A stretch of DNA of 64,000 nucleotides, taken from NCBI GenBank assembly GCA_964270895.1, contig OZ185444.1, one strand, 5' to 3'. Numbering within the stretch: the stretch's first letter is position 1; every line of letters begins with the position of its first letter. Source of the stretch: Podarcis filfolensis (lineage: Eukaryota). Shown in pieces: positions 13,481 to 26,625 of the stretch. Both the position numbers and the translations under genes were made by a program. Below the pieces are notes generated by a model that worked only from the letters and a program-made list of their open reading frames with translations, was not told where the DNA came from and did no database searches.

Positions 13481-16107
13481 CAATGGATGGAATGATTGAA
13501 GCCTTTCCACCCATCTCAAAGTGACTATGAAGATTCAGATCTTCCCTCTCCTTGCTCACCAGATGATTGATCTTGCAAATGGGAGGACAACATATTGTAT
13601 CCCAATCTTACCAGAGCCCTGCAGGAAGTTATTGCTGAGTAATGCAGAAAAACTCCACAATGACAAAGCGGAAGAGAATCTAATTCAGTTTTTTAAAAAT
13701 GGCAAGAGCCTTCAGATGACATGCACACACACATACAAAGGCTGGATACTACCTGTGGATCATGATACAACCTGGTTACAACCTGCGGTAGTGGTTGGGG
13801 GAGGAATTCAATGAGTTTGCATTCAAAGACAAACTTACCTAATTTGCACTTTCCCAAGCAATACTTAAACTGGATCACCACCATTCTGCAATCTTAATTC
13901 TTCTGTGAATTTTGCAATGCAATTCTTCTGCCAAGTAAATATGAAAAACAAATAAACATACTTGGATAAAGTGCACAGAAAAATGCATACATTCATTAAA
14001 ATAACACTCACAAATGCATTGTATTAAGGAAAACCACTTGCAAAAATGTGCATCTTGGCAAAATTGCATGCAAAAATGTTCTTATTGGTAGAAATAAGAA
14101 CTAAAATACTGGTGAATTTTCATGAAGGCTTTCTTAAAGAAAAAAAATCCAAAAACTGATGTGGAGAACTGAAGAACTGAATTTAGGACTGGAAAAAAGA
14201 GAAACTGAGAGAAACTGATATTGATAGATTCATCTCCGTCTCCAGGGTCTGAAGCAGAGGGTCTTTCACATCTTCAGAACAGCTGAGGTGTTTTCCAGAA
14301 GGTGGGAAAGGAGAAAAGACTGTAATTTCCCCTCCCTCCCTTTCTGAAACTGCCACCCCCCCATCCTTCTTCCACTTCTCAAGGCTTGCTAGAGCCCCAA
14401 ACAAACATGATGAAATCAGAAATGGTGTCCTTGATGAGAACAAGATAGAGACTATTTGATCCCAGCAGGATGGCTGCTTCACTGGTGACATTGGAGCTGG
14501 GATTTATGTGAAATGGTGCACTTCAAAGTCTGGAAACAATGATCCATGCTTAGCTTTCAAGGTACCATGTATGAAGGATGTTCAAATGAACTTGTTTATG
14601 AAATCTATTTTTTGTTGATTACGTAGTTATGTCTGCAATAGGTAACTTTTCCCCCTTTAAAAAAGTCTAGCTTTTCTGTAATACTGTGAAATATTTTCAA
14701 TTCTTTGTCACAACTTTCCTTGTGATCTTTATATAATTGCAGACATTTCAAGTTCCCTTTAATGTAACAGACAGAAATATTTATCTCTAAACTGGGTGGG
14801 GACTAAAATGCACACACCCTTGAATTCTTTGGAGGAAAGGCAAGATATCAATGAAATAGATAAGCAAACTGTCTGGCTCAGAACGTCCTCTAGAAATGGT
14901 GCCTTCAACTGGGAAATGGCACCATCATTCTGATGAATGTCTAAAGTGCTCTGATCCAGAGGGAGCACAGCGGTTGTAACCTCCTCTTTTTCACATACCA
15001 CAAGGTTTAACAAATATATTTCACGTCTGCCTTCCCGCTGCCAATAAACAGGCGCCTCCAGGTGACTCCTTGCATGCCAAGAATTTTTCATTTGTTTGCA
15101 TTAGTATCCTTGCTTGCATTCCTGCACCGAGATGCCTGCACATAATATCAACCGAGTAAACAAGAAAACTGTCTGGCTGGCATTTTTCTCAAAACATCTT
15201 GCAGCAGTTAAAAGTGGAGACTCCTCCAAGCCTTTACCTCCCCTCCCCCATGCTTTTCTCATAAATATGCAGCTTTGACCTCTGTGGTTGTCTAACTAAG
15301 GTTAATGGTTTCTGCTATGTATTTGCTATAGGACTGGGTGAAGACTAGAGAGTCCCCACTCCCACACCTTAAAATAGATCTGTGTCTTTTAGCTACATTG
15401 GGACAGATAGAAATTCAACGGGTTTAGCTTTCCCCATTGGTGTGTTGGTCTGTTGTATTTAGACCTGCCATGCATTGGTAGAATCTTCTGCCAGGGAAAA
15501 CAAAGAAATTCAAGGAAGAAATCAAACTTAAAAAGCAATAAACAGAAACCTGGAACCATCTTCTAAATCAGGCTTGCTCACCTGGTGCCCAACATATGTT
15601 GTGGGAATACAGTCCTCATAATCCCATATTGTTGGCTGGGACTGATGGGAGTTATAAGAAAAGGCATCTGAACTTCCCACATGTACAGTATTATTCAGGG
15701 GTGGGATGAGTGATAGGGTTGCCGTCTTCCAGTCTTCCAAACAGTATGCATGTTGTTTGTTAATTATGCATTTTTTTCCTGGTTCTGTGTGTTTTTTTTG
15801 TGTGTGTTTTTTAAGTATCTAGAAACACATCTGCACACATGTCAGTGGAGCACAAGGCTTCTTCATCCATCTAAGCATTGGATCTGGGCTGTGAGGGGGT
15901 CATAGGGGGCAATGTAACCGGAACAGGGTTGGGGAAATCTTAATCCTAGTATCTAAATGGACATCACTCACTGGCCCTGCTTCACACCCTCCCTGAATGT
16001 TATTGCCTGACTGGAATATGTCCTTGAACTCTGATAATGCCTCATGCTTGCCTGGAAGGGAAAAGCCTGGCCTGCCTGCAATAGGAAGTTAACAACAATT
16101 TACTTTA

Positions 16108-16339
16108 CAGTGGTACCTCGGGTTACAGACGCTTCAGGTTACAGATGCTTCAGGTTACAGACTCCGCTAACCCAGAAATAGTACCTCAGGTTAAGAACTT
16201 TGCTTCAGGATGAGAACAGAAATCGTTCTCATTGGCGGCAGCGGCCCCATTAGCTAAAGTTGTACCTCAGGTTAAGAACAGTTTCAGGTTAAGAACGGAC
16301 CTCCAGAATGAATTAAGTTCTTAACCCAAGGTACCACTG
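16108..16339. mobile_element. Tc1/mariner (Tigger/pogo-like) MITE, 232 bp
   Basis: TIRs CAGTGGTACCTCGGGTTA / TAACCCAAGGTACCACTG; TA on both sides (16106-16107 and 16340-16341); internal CAGGTTA repeats. Confidence 0.9.
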
Positions 16340-16811
16340 TATTTCCATCTGTGCTGGAGGCAGGGACAGCCCAAGCCATTTTGGCACCTGAGGCACATCA
16401 CAAAATAGTGCCCTTCCTCCCTGCCGGGGAAGAAAGGGTGAGTGAAGTTCTACTGTACATCGGAAGCAAGGTGCAGACCAAATCAGCCTTACGTGGCAAA
16501 TGAAGAGGAAATCAGAGGCCATTGCAGGGAGGAAAGGAGCCCCCTCTGAATGACTCTGGGTGGGTGCAGAGCCCAGGAGACCCCCGACGGCAGCCCCCAG
16601 CAACGCCTTCCTATCCGCTGAGAAGCTACTGTAGGGGTGGCATGCAGGGGGAGGGGTGACTGCCTCAGTGACATACTATCATTTCGTTGCAGCTACACGA
16701 AAATATTGGATTCCTTCATTCTTTTCTGTTGCAAGGAAGACCAAAGTGAGCCAGGATGTTCCTTCTTCGGAAATAAGAGGGCATTTAGTTCTGAAGGCAT
16801 TTCCCACCACT

Positions 16812-17395
16812 TGTTGTTGTTTAGTCGTTTAGTCGTGTCCGACTCTTCGTGACCCCATGGACCAGAGCACGCCAGGCACTTCTGTCCTCCACTGCCTCCT
16901 GCAGTTTGATCAAACTCATGCTGGTAGCTTCAAGAACACCATCCAACCATCTCATCCTCTGTCGTATCCTTCCCCTTGTGCCCTCCATCTTTCCCAACAT
17001 CAGGGTCTCTTTTCCAGGGAGTCTTCTCTTCTCATGAGGTGGCCAAAGTATTGGAGCCTCAGCTTCACGATCTGTCCTTCCAGTGAGCACTCAGGGCTGA
17101 TTTCCTTCAAAATGGATACGTTTGATCTTCTTGCAGTCCATGGGACTCTCAAGAGTCTCCTCCAGCACCATAATTCAAAAGCATCAATTCTTCGGCAATC
17201 AGCCTTCTTTATGGTCCAGCTCTCACTTCCATACATCACTACTGGGAAAACCATAGCTTTAACTATACGGACCTTTGTTGGCAAGGTGATGTCTCTACTT
17301 TTTAAGATGCTGTCTAGGTTTGTCATTGCTTTTCTCCCAAGAAGCAGGCGTCTTTTAATTTCGTGACTGCTGTCACCATCTGCAGTGATCATGGA
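16812..17395 (-). mobile_element. Bov-B (RTE clade) LINE, 5'-truncated, RT C-terminus with a frameshift
   Basis: Minus-strand ORFs MITADGDSSHEIKRRLLLGRKAMTNLDSILKSRDITLPTKVRIVKAMVFPVVMYGSESWT... and ...RMRWLDGV...AWRALVHGVTKSRTRLND are characteristic Bov-B ORF ends; (CAA)n tail; 11-bp TSD TTCCCACCACT (16801-16811 and 17396-17406). Confidence 0.95.
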
Positions 17396-17687
17396 TTCCC
17401 ACCACTAGGTGGCTAAAATTGGGAAGCTGATTGCTTTCCTAGAGGATTACAGTAACTTCTGCTGAACTGGATCCAAGGCAAGACTCTGCATTGGTGCAGG
17501 GATAGAAGAGAATATTAAATCCCATGGAGTGTAATTTATTTCTTCCTTCATGTCATACACTTGGTGCCAGCTGGAGGGCTCCCGTGCTAGTTTTCTGAGC
17601 TTTTTTCTTAAAAAAAGCATCATCATCATCATCTAGCACTTATTTAGAGAATCTTCCTGCTTCCTTCATATAAAAAGAGATTTTTCT

Positions 17688-17870
17688 AGAGCTGCACAGT
17701 GTGGTACAGAGGACAGAGCATTAGATCTAAGCTGTGGAGACCTGGGTTCAGAAGCTCACTTGGCCACAAAGATCAAGGAATGTTAGCAAGATAAAATGTT
17801 AGCAAGATGAAACACCACTTTTACCAACTTGAGCTCCTTGGACAAAGGCTAGGATATAAATAAAATAAAG
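17688..17870 (+). mobile_element. Degenerate Squam3-like SINE
   Basis: tRNA-like head (AGTGTGGTACAGAGGACAGAGC...GACCTGGGTTCAGAA) and tail GAGCTCCTTGG...GGATATAAATAAAATAAA. Confidence 0.5.
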
Positions 17871-19950
17871 TGAAAATGCCATCAATAATTTCTGCTGCAT
17901 AGTTGTTTGAGGACATGTGCTTGTGGATAGCTGAATTAGAAACCTCTAAAATATTCAGTAACATTTTAGTAGATATCGAGGCTCCTCTTTATGGATAAAT
18001 CATTTAAAACAATAATTTTTTCATAGTCTGCTTTTTCACTTCATTTATACTAAAAAAAAAATGAAACTGCCGTCTTGGTTGCAAGAGTGATGTCTAACTT
18101 AGCATCAAAAACATTTTAGCATGACAGCTCTGTTAATATTTCTACTCAAAATTCAAGCATTGCCATTCAGGGGTTGTTTTTTTAATGTTATGCGGTTCAT
18201 TCATGGAGCTCTATCCAACAAGGAGCCTCTGAACTGGCAGCTTTCCTAAGGCAGATGAATATGATGAAATATATTATTTAGCAGGATGACACAAAAGGAA
18301 GAGGCAGGAGAAAATTAAATTTTCCAGTGAAAGCTTAATTCTGACCCACTGGACCCCTTAGAATTATCATTACAAAAACAATTCCATGCAGTCTGCTTTC
18401 ACCTTTTCAAATGCTTTGGTCCTAAAACAAATGCTACCATTCCTTTCCTGTCTATGGGGAGAAAGTGTTACAATTTATACACAACTTTTTAAAAAAGAGA
18501 AAGTCACAGTGCGGGGGTGGGGATATTCCACAATCGTAATTGATTGAGGTCATCAAGGCCGTGTACCACAGGATAAAATTAAAATAAAATACAAATAATA
18601 TACATTCTAAAAACAATTAAAACCATTTCTACAGGTGTAAAAGGGAAAGCCTTCGTGAACAAAAGCATCTTCAGAAGGCACCTAAACATCACAGGTGGTA
18701 TTCAACTAAGTTTTACCCATTGTAGACTCATTTATAAACATGACTAAGCCAGGCCCATTAATTTCAGTTGGTCTACTTCACTGACACCCCATGACACAGG
18801 CCACCTGCCAAATTTACCTCAACTCACCAACTCACGTTTGCTTCCACAAGAGTCCTGCCAGCTGGGACAAACACTTTAAAAGTTTTGTTAAATCATTCAG
18901 ACACCAGCTCCTGACTTCATCTCACCTCTTCTCCCCAGCCACCATGGCACTGCTTGAAGAAGGATGCCACAGTGCCCACATAGCAGGGCCAGTCAGGGGC
19001 TGACTGATATGCCCCCAGAGCAGCATGGGAACTTCTTCTGTTTGGTTCAGTCTCAAACTTGCTCCCACACACTCTTATGGATATGTGACTGCCAACCGAT
19101 TTGAAGATATTTAAACTCAGTGGACTGGATAGATAAGGTCCCTTCCCATGACAGAAGGAGATTCAGAAGAGACTTCTTCCTCTAGAGGAGGACCCCTTCC
19201 ATTAGTAGAGCCACATGTCAAGCTCAGATGCCTGCTTGTTCTGGACAATATTAGGAGATGGCCCAAGGCGTTTACTGCCTGAGGTGAAGGACAAGATGGC
19301 AGCCATCCTATCCCACATAGAGAAGTGAACCAGATAGGCAGCTGAACAGCATTGTCCAGCACATCTGAAGACATAGAACAGACACTGGCATGGCACACAA
19401 AGCTCTGTCCTCCAATACCTCACCACCACTGCAGTTGCTGCCTCCCTCTGCCTAATGATAGGGCCAGCCCCAGGGACAAAAATGCTAGCTACTACATTAT
19501 TCTGTGATAGCCACTATTGATTAGGTTTGTTTAGTTGAGCATGGATTGATGCTCCCTCTCCTGCCCTGCTCTCCTAGATCAGTTATTTTCATTCTAAATC
19601 AAGGTTCTCCTTTCAGCCCTCACACAACCTTTGAAGGAAGCAGTTTGGACGGGATTTGCATTTTGTACATAGTTCTTGTTTTTAAATGAAATGTGTGTAT
19701 CTATTTTTACACAGAAGCCTACATGGCTGACACAAGCACAAGGACCATCAAGCATTCACCATCAGTTGGATGCTTACAGACTTCAGTGTCAATGACAAAA
19801 TCTGCATTTTTCATGCAAGATTCCCGTGGATTCTTACATTATAGTTTTGCCACCTGTAGCTAAAATAGCAACTAAATGGCAGAGTTGAGTAAAGTAATAA
19901 AAGAACTAACATGCTATTCTTAAAACTCAAATTTTCTCATGCTCATTAAT

Positions 19951-19974
19951 TGTGTGTGTGTGTGTGTGTGTGTG
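19951..19974. repeat. (TG)n microsatellite
   Basis: Read directly from the sequence. Confidence 0.9.
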
Positions 19975-22197
19975 TATCTATATTTAGTTTTGAAACACAG
20001 CAGGATTCCACTATGAGAAGCTGAAAGATAACAGCTGCATTCGGGCATAGTGCTACACTAGCTATCCCATTGGCATGTAGACTTCTCCCAGCGCAATTGA
20101 ACTTTCTGTATTCTCATACCCCTCCCCCTAATCTGTTTTTTTGTTTTCTCCAACCCTCTAAAGCAGATTTGGGGCATAGCACAGGGAGGTGTCCTTGCAC
20201 TAACAGGATGACTTTGTTGGGTACCCCACAAACCTTGGATTCTTCCTCCTGTGCAACAGGGAGAGGACTTCACCAGTGTTTTGTTTCACTGTCTCCTAAA
20301 CTAAGCTTTTAACTGCGTGTGAATTAGGGACCATCATTTATCACATACTCCAGCCAGTTTCAAAACAGGCTAACTTCAAACCCTCAGTTATGAAGGTGGC
20401 TTGTTCAAGTGACTAGAATTTGTTGTCAATTATGGTCCCTAATGTGAGTGCAATGACAAGCCAGAATTAGGGGGGAGTGAAATGAACAGTACAATCCAAA
20501 CCATGACCACTCAGAAGTAAGTCCTATTGAATTCAGTGGTGCTTATTGCCAGATCAATGGAGTGAGGATTGCCATCCCAATGCTAGTAAAGTCCTCCTCC
20601 CGGTTGCATGAGAGGAGGTGAGGAGAGAAAGAGAGAACTCAAGCCTGAGGCTTTGCTTGGGCTCCTTTCAGCTCCTGCACATCATGCTAAAACATGATTT
20701 GGGATCAGAGGAGAATGTGGTCTGGGGTTGGTTCTTTTCTGCCTGCCCCCTTGCAGTTTGACTATCATTGTCAAAGCAGCAAGGTGACTTTCCTAAGCTT
20801 TGAAGGTAATGAAACTGCTTCCTTCAGAAAAAATCAAAAAGTAACTTTCCATGCAATGCATTAAAATACACAATAGAACAGCTGCCTTTCATATCCCGAT
20901 GCAGATTGCACGTGCCTTGAATTAAAAATTGGTTATCCTCTGACGGTTCCATTTCTTAATTAATATTCTAGAGATTCTGCAAAGATTAGAGTCAGATGGT
21001 GACAATGGGCAAAAAAAATGTGCACTTTCAAAGCAGGGTTTAGGAAAAGGGCTCACCAATGGCCTCTCTCAGCTTCAAGTCATGCCAGTGGCTGAATTCT
21101 GCTGTCAGTGGATGGAGAGCTGGATAAATGCTGAGCTCCTTTTGAAAAACAGAAGACTTTGGGTAGTGTGCTGTTCTTCTTCTAACAGATTGTGACAAAT
21201 TTAATTATCCAAAATTTAATGTGTTTAACCTTTCAGGGAAAGAGGAGTCTTCTTACCTTCTCCCATTACAGACTTCTAGCACTAGACTTTAATTTCAGTA
21301 GCTCTAATGGATCCCCTGCTTATGGCCCTCAACTGTTTAAACCTAAGTGCCAATATAATGCATTAACTGGTGTTTTTTTCTCCAAAGTCTCTCCCTCTGT
21401 AGCTGTTTGTGTGCAATTCTTGGAGACATGTTAATCTAATAGAAAGAAGGAATTATTGAACGCTGATCATCCTTTCGCTTTCAGTCACTCTGTGCCACGC
21501 AGGCTACGGGCACAGCGGTCTTTATGGTGTCACAAGGGTCAAAAGAGTCTGTTAATAATGTGAAACAGGCTTTCCCAGTCTGGCCTCCTCCTCCACATGC
21601 AGCTCCTATCAGCCTCAGCCAATATGCCCAATGATGAGGAATTCTTTTCTACTTAGGAGTTCAAGGTTATATTTGAAGTATGCCAGGTTAAGTGAAGATA
21701 TGTACATAAGCAGCAGTTCTTGTCCAGAGACTGCTGGGGTGGGGGGATAGGATGCAGCATCCCAGACCCAGGAAATCCCTGATTTGAGCACATGTTCTTG
21801 CTGTGAGGGAGCACATGAAATCTCCAGCTGGCTATTGCAACTGGACTGCATGTAATTGCTGGGTGCTTTATTCAAAGGAAAGGAACACTGAACTTCAGGA
21901 TAGCAGCAGTATAGAGAAATGCAGACATTTTGTTTCCATTTATTAACTGATAAATCTGTTATTTATTAAGGGCCTGTAGTGGTAGCTGGTGCCCATCAGG
22001 ACTAGCATGGCATAAGGACAGGGAAGCCAACAGTAGGTGGAGCCAGAGTCAATTATAGGCAGGGCCAACTGCTCTGTTTTTGTCCCCATCCCCCTCCTTG
22101 TTGAGTCCTAGAAGGGCAACACTGAGACCAAGGATGAGGAAGCTGACCATACCCTTCAACATTTCTCCAATGAAAATAGGAATGTCCCATTCCATAA

Positions 22198-22335
22198 CAA
22201 TAATTTTACTATTTATACCTGACACATCTTACTGGGTTGCCCCAGCCACTCTGGACAGCTTCCAAAATATACAAAAACATAATAAAGCATTAAACAATTT
22301 TTTAAAAACTGCCTTCAGACAGCTCGGGGGTCAGA
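22198..22335 (-). mobile_element. L2 LINE 3' end, between two copies of a CATACCCTCCAA-type MITE terminus
   Basis: Reverse complement matches the 3' end of the L2 at 47820-47904 (GGAAGC..CCAGAGTGGCTGGGGCAACCCAG...). CAACATTTCTCCA(A/G)TGAAAATAGG is repeated at ~22158 and ~22351. Confidence 0.6.
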
Positions 22336-22539
22336 TAACTCCATACTCTCCAACATTTCTCCAGTGAAAATAGGGACATCCTATGGAAAAGTGGGACATT
22401 CCAGGATCAAATCAGAAACCAAGGGGACTTCTCTAAATCAGGGATATCCCTGGAAAATAGGGACACTTGGAGGGTCTGCTACTGGCTGTAAATAGGGAGG
22501 CAGGGAGGTAGGGGGTGGCTGAGTAGACTGAAGTTGGAG

Positions 22540-24471
22540 GGGCTGACTTTCTGTTTTGCGGCGAACCAGGCAAGTCATCCTCTTGGAAGCTCCGGTGCCC
22601 AGTAGGGATCCCAGACAGAGATTAATGGGGGGGGTAAAGGGCATGCCTCCCCTAACCCATGGGTCGACAAACTAAGGCCCGTGGGCCAGATCAGGCCCAA
22701 TTGCCTTCTGGATCCAGCCTGCGGACGGTCCGGGAATTGCCGTGTGGTTCACCAGCGTGCATGTTCTTTCCCTCTCGCTCACATGGCGGCAGCGGCACCT
22801 CCTCCCTCCCTCCCTCCCTCCCTCCCTCCTCCTGGCTTCTCCCCGCCCTGCCTAGAGGAGGAAGGGGGCTGGACTTTGTTGGTGACAGCAGCAAGAGCAG
22901 CAGCAGCGCTGGAGTAGCCACCATTTTAAGCAGCCCCTCTCCGGAGCCCTTTCACATGCGGCTCATCATCCCTCCGCTGCTGCAGCTGACTCAAGGTCGT
23001 CCATTAATGTGTTTTTGTGTTGTTGTTTTTTGGCCTGTGAGCAGGGGTGAAAATCCCCATCTCCCAGATGAAAAGGCTTCATCCAAGGACAGCCCCAACA
23101 AGCTACCGTGGTGAGCTGTGGAATACCTTTGAATTCGGACATACCGTATTTAGCAAGCGAAGAGGCACCCCCCTGAAAAGATCCTGATTTATGCTGCAGG
23201 AGAAAATTATCTGTTTGGAAAGGTTTGGAAAGAATGAAAGACACTAATTTCTGCTTTGTTTGAACAGTGGAAGGAGGGGAGGCAATATTTTAAGTCATGG
23301 AGTTTTTTTTTCAGAATCTGCGTTATATATCCTCCCCTAAAGCAATGGAATGTAAAGTTTTCAGGAAGAGTGGACTTTAAAGATACCTCTTTGTGATGGA
23401 TTTATTTTATAACTAAGGACTTTGCCTGAGCCTAACAACCTTGAAGGACTTTTGAGGGATTTTGACCACCCCTTGGAACTTTGTATTGTGAAATTAAAAT
23501 AATAAAGAAAAGATTGGTAACAACTGGATTGACTGTCTGTTAAGCACTCGGAAGACAATAAACTGTGGAGCTGGATGTAAACAGAGGATCGGTAGAATGA
23601 ACTGCAGGAAGATTTATTAGTTTAGGGGGAAGGATGGAGAGGAAACATGGATTTTGTTGAGATTACATCACACACACCCCTTGAAGCTTGAAGCTGGAAA
23701 TGAAAACAGTGAAAGCGACAGGATGGGCCACAGGGTATACCATCTTGATGACTTCTGAGACTTTCAGACAGAGAAGAAGAGAGATGGATTATGTTTCTTT
23801 ATTAATGATTTGTTAATGAGCTGTTTGTATGTAAAATTGAGGATTAAATTTGGCGAAAAGTGAGGGGTGGGTGACGCTGGGAGATTGGCAGTGTGTGAGA
23901 GGGGGAATGTGTATTATATATTTATAGGGAAATTCTAGGGGTTTCATTTTCACCCTCTGCACACAGCACCAGTGAGGCTGGAGCCAGATGTCAGACAGCA
24001 ATGTTCAAGGCCATGTTAGGGAGGAATGTGTGTATGATGTCTGGGAGGAAGCAAGATCTCTCGTTCTCAGGCAAAGTGTTGCTCAAGAGGTATCAGAAGG
24101 AAATGTTTGAAAATTGAGGAATGACTATTATAGATAGATTACAGAGGATTTACTCTACTCAACTATTTTGAGGACAGGTTATAACTATGTATAACAGCCA
24201 TAGGAGAAATTGGTAATTGAACAGGTGATGTGTATGGAGAAGGGGTGAGTGTATTTTGAAATGATAGGGAAGTTATTTTATTGGGAGCAGAAAAGGAGGG
24301 AGGAAAATAGAGGGGACATCTGGGGGTGAGGCGGGAAGTCAGCTTTTAAATTTGCATTAATTTGGTGACAATTTGTTTAAAATATGGGAAATAAATAAAA
24401 ATAATTGGCAAAAAAAGAAAATTCAGAAAAGGAAGAAGAAGAAGAAGAAGAAGAAGAAGAAGAAGAAGAAG

Positions 24472-24497
<26 letters not shown>
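22540..24497 (+). mobile_element. Old non-autonomous L1-like element with a hAT fragment inserted at ~22658-23035
   Basis: Starts GGGGCTGACTTTCTGTTTTGCGGCG (L1-like 5' end); ends AAATAAATAAAAAT... A-rich tail and (GAA)n; flanked by GAAGTTGGAG at 22530-22539 and 24498-24507; no RT-encoding sequence recognisable. Confidence 0.55.
22659..23035 (+). mobile_element. hAT-type element fragment (CATGGGT..CAAACTAAGGCCC family), one end only
   Basis: The first ~80 bp match the MITE at 40342-40594; no second TIR or TSD found; the right boundary is approximate. Confidence 0.55.

Positions 24498-24500
<3 letters not shown>
24432..24500. repeat. (GAA)23 microsatellite
   Basis: Uninterrupted GAA units, 69 bp. 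Confidence 0.95.
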
Positions 24501-24502
<2 letters not shown>

Positions 24503-25152
24503 TGGAGTTTAAACTGTTGGGCTTTTAAAGAAAGGATTTGGTTTCCCTGAGAACAAACCATCATTTCCTCAGAGTGTTCCTCCAAGTAGACAACCCACCC
24601 CCCCCAGCAGTTCAAGAAAGATGAGGAACATTTGTTCCATCTCCAGTAGACATCTGAGCCTCCTGAATATCACAGGGGAGAGCCATGAGTTATATTTTAT
24701 GTTTTACCAGAAGAATGGAAAAGCATGAGTTATTCCTGCTTGTTTTGCTGCTCCTGGCTGTCTGCTCATAACTGAAAGTCCATGATTAATTTGCCCATCA
24801 GACACTTTCACCGTTCTCACCAGTTTGGTTCCTGGGTAGATTATTTCACTCTTTCAAATATATGCTAATGGATTAAAGGAGGTATTAAAGATGGCTTGGT
24901 GGGTAAACAGAGAACAAGTGAATCATACGTATTATCTGAATTAATTAATTTGGATTGGAAGAGTGTCACCTTGATGAATAAGGGTGTAGGTTCTACCAGG
25001 AGGTGAAGTCTTCTTCCTATGAAGGAGCAACAAAGATAGCTGAGTCCAAGTGCTCCTCCTCTAGAATGTGTGCATACTTTCTCACACTTCAAAGTCTTCT
25101 CCCAGAAACATAGCATGCTAGGGATCTTGCCTACTCTTCCTTTGAACTGGAG

Positions 25153-25290
25153 CAGAGAGGGGGGACTATTGTCCCTCCAGATGTTGCTAGACTACAACTC
25201 CCATCATCTCTGACCATTGCCCATGTTGACTGCATCTGATAGGAGTTCTAGTCCAACAATATCCATTGGACCACAATTTCTCTACTCCTG
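25153..25290. mobile_element. hAT-type MITE (GACTACAACTCCCATCAT family), degenerate
   Basis: CCCTCCAGATGTTGCTAGACTACAACTCCCATCAT...GGAGTTCTAGTCCAACAATATC palindromic body; CAG...CTG ends; degenerate 8-bp TSD AACTGGAG/ACCTAGAG (6/8). A related copy is at ~51467-51590. Confidence 0.65.
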
Positions 25291-26625
25291 ACCTAGAGAG
25301 AAATGACAACCACTTATCTCAAGTCAGTGTTACTTTAGGGAAGCCATTCAAAGCGTATGAAAGAGAAAAACTATCTTATGCTGCCACACTAATCAGAAAT
25401 GGGACAGGAGCCAGGACTCTAATCACACACTGGATGGTTTAAGGCTACAGATCAGCCTTGCGTGTTTGTGGGTAAAAGAAAAAGCTTGGATAGTATCGTT
25501 ATGAGGAAGAACTGCAGGAGCCGAGCCACAGTTCTGTTAGCAAGCAAATTAAATTGTTTTTCCTTGAAATGATGCCACAGCTCTTGTTAAGCAATTCACA
25601 GGATATTTACAAAAGCCCCAGTGTGTTTGCTTAGGCAGTCTATTCCTTTGTATGCTTGTTTATATCTCTACAGCCAGTCAGCCCTGGATGGTGATAAAAT
25701 ATTCAACACTTTTTTCTGAGTTAACTGTGGGTAGCCCTTCTTTCGTTTCCAGCTATTGTGCAAGAAGCCAATAATAAAGACACTTTCCCTACATTTGTAT
25801 GTAAATATTTACTCCTTGTAAAAAGAAAAACCAAACATAATTATATGTTGAAGTTTATTCTTCAGTGTTTCAATCTCCCAGAAATATACACTAGCGATCT
25901 AAGCAGAACATTGGGTAGGCAAACATCAATTGTGTTGTAGTAAATGTTACTGCTCGATGGAAGAAGAAGAATTAAAAAAGAAAAGAAGTGTCAATAGCAG
26001 GTCTTAACTGTTTCTTGGAAAATTTCCTCTTAACTGTTTTCAGGGTCTGTGTGACCTGCTAGGAAGATTCAGAAATATCTAAAATAATCTAGAAGTAGAA
26101 GGTGTCTGTTTTGCACAACTTGGGGATTTGGAATCAGGGTTTTTCATTACGTTATGTGAAGTATATGACCCGCAGGCCAGAGGTTTTCTGCCACTTGTGT
26201 AGGAGACAGAAGATTACACAATAAACTGAGCCTGCAATTCTAAACCCACTTAGCTGGGAATAAGCCCCTTTGAACTGTGGGAATTCCTTCTGAATAGCCA
26301 TCAATACGGTTGTGCTATAAACTGCCTGCTGAAAATAAACTGTCTGCACACAGAGATGTCTGAATAAATGTGTGTAGATTGGCAAGGTGCTGGCTGCCAC
26401 CCTCACCCCACAAAGATGTGCATTCAATATCCATAGATATTGAAGAGGGGTTGCTTCACTCCCCACTCCCCCCACTCTCTCTATACTGCACTGTGATGTT
26501 TAGGCACTTCTCCTACATTAAAAGCACTTGTCAGTGATCATGTGGACTGGCCCCATTCACTGCCACCACTAGTCATACCTCTTGGTAGCCATGCATTTGG
26601 CAACCTTGAGAAGGGGATCTACCTA

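Noticed and set aside
12939-13559. 206-aa minus-strand ORF
   Set aside because: It spans a CR1 3' UTR fragment and unique DNA, with no domain signature; probably chance.
16857-17366. 169-aa plus-strand ORF
   Set aside because: Antisense frame of Bov-B, a well-known spurious ORF in that family.
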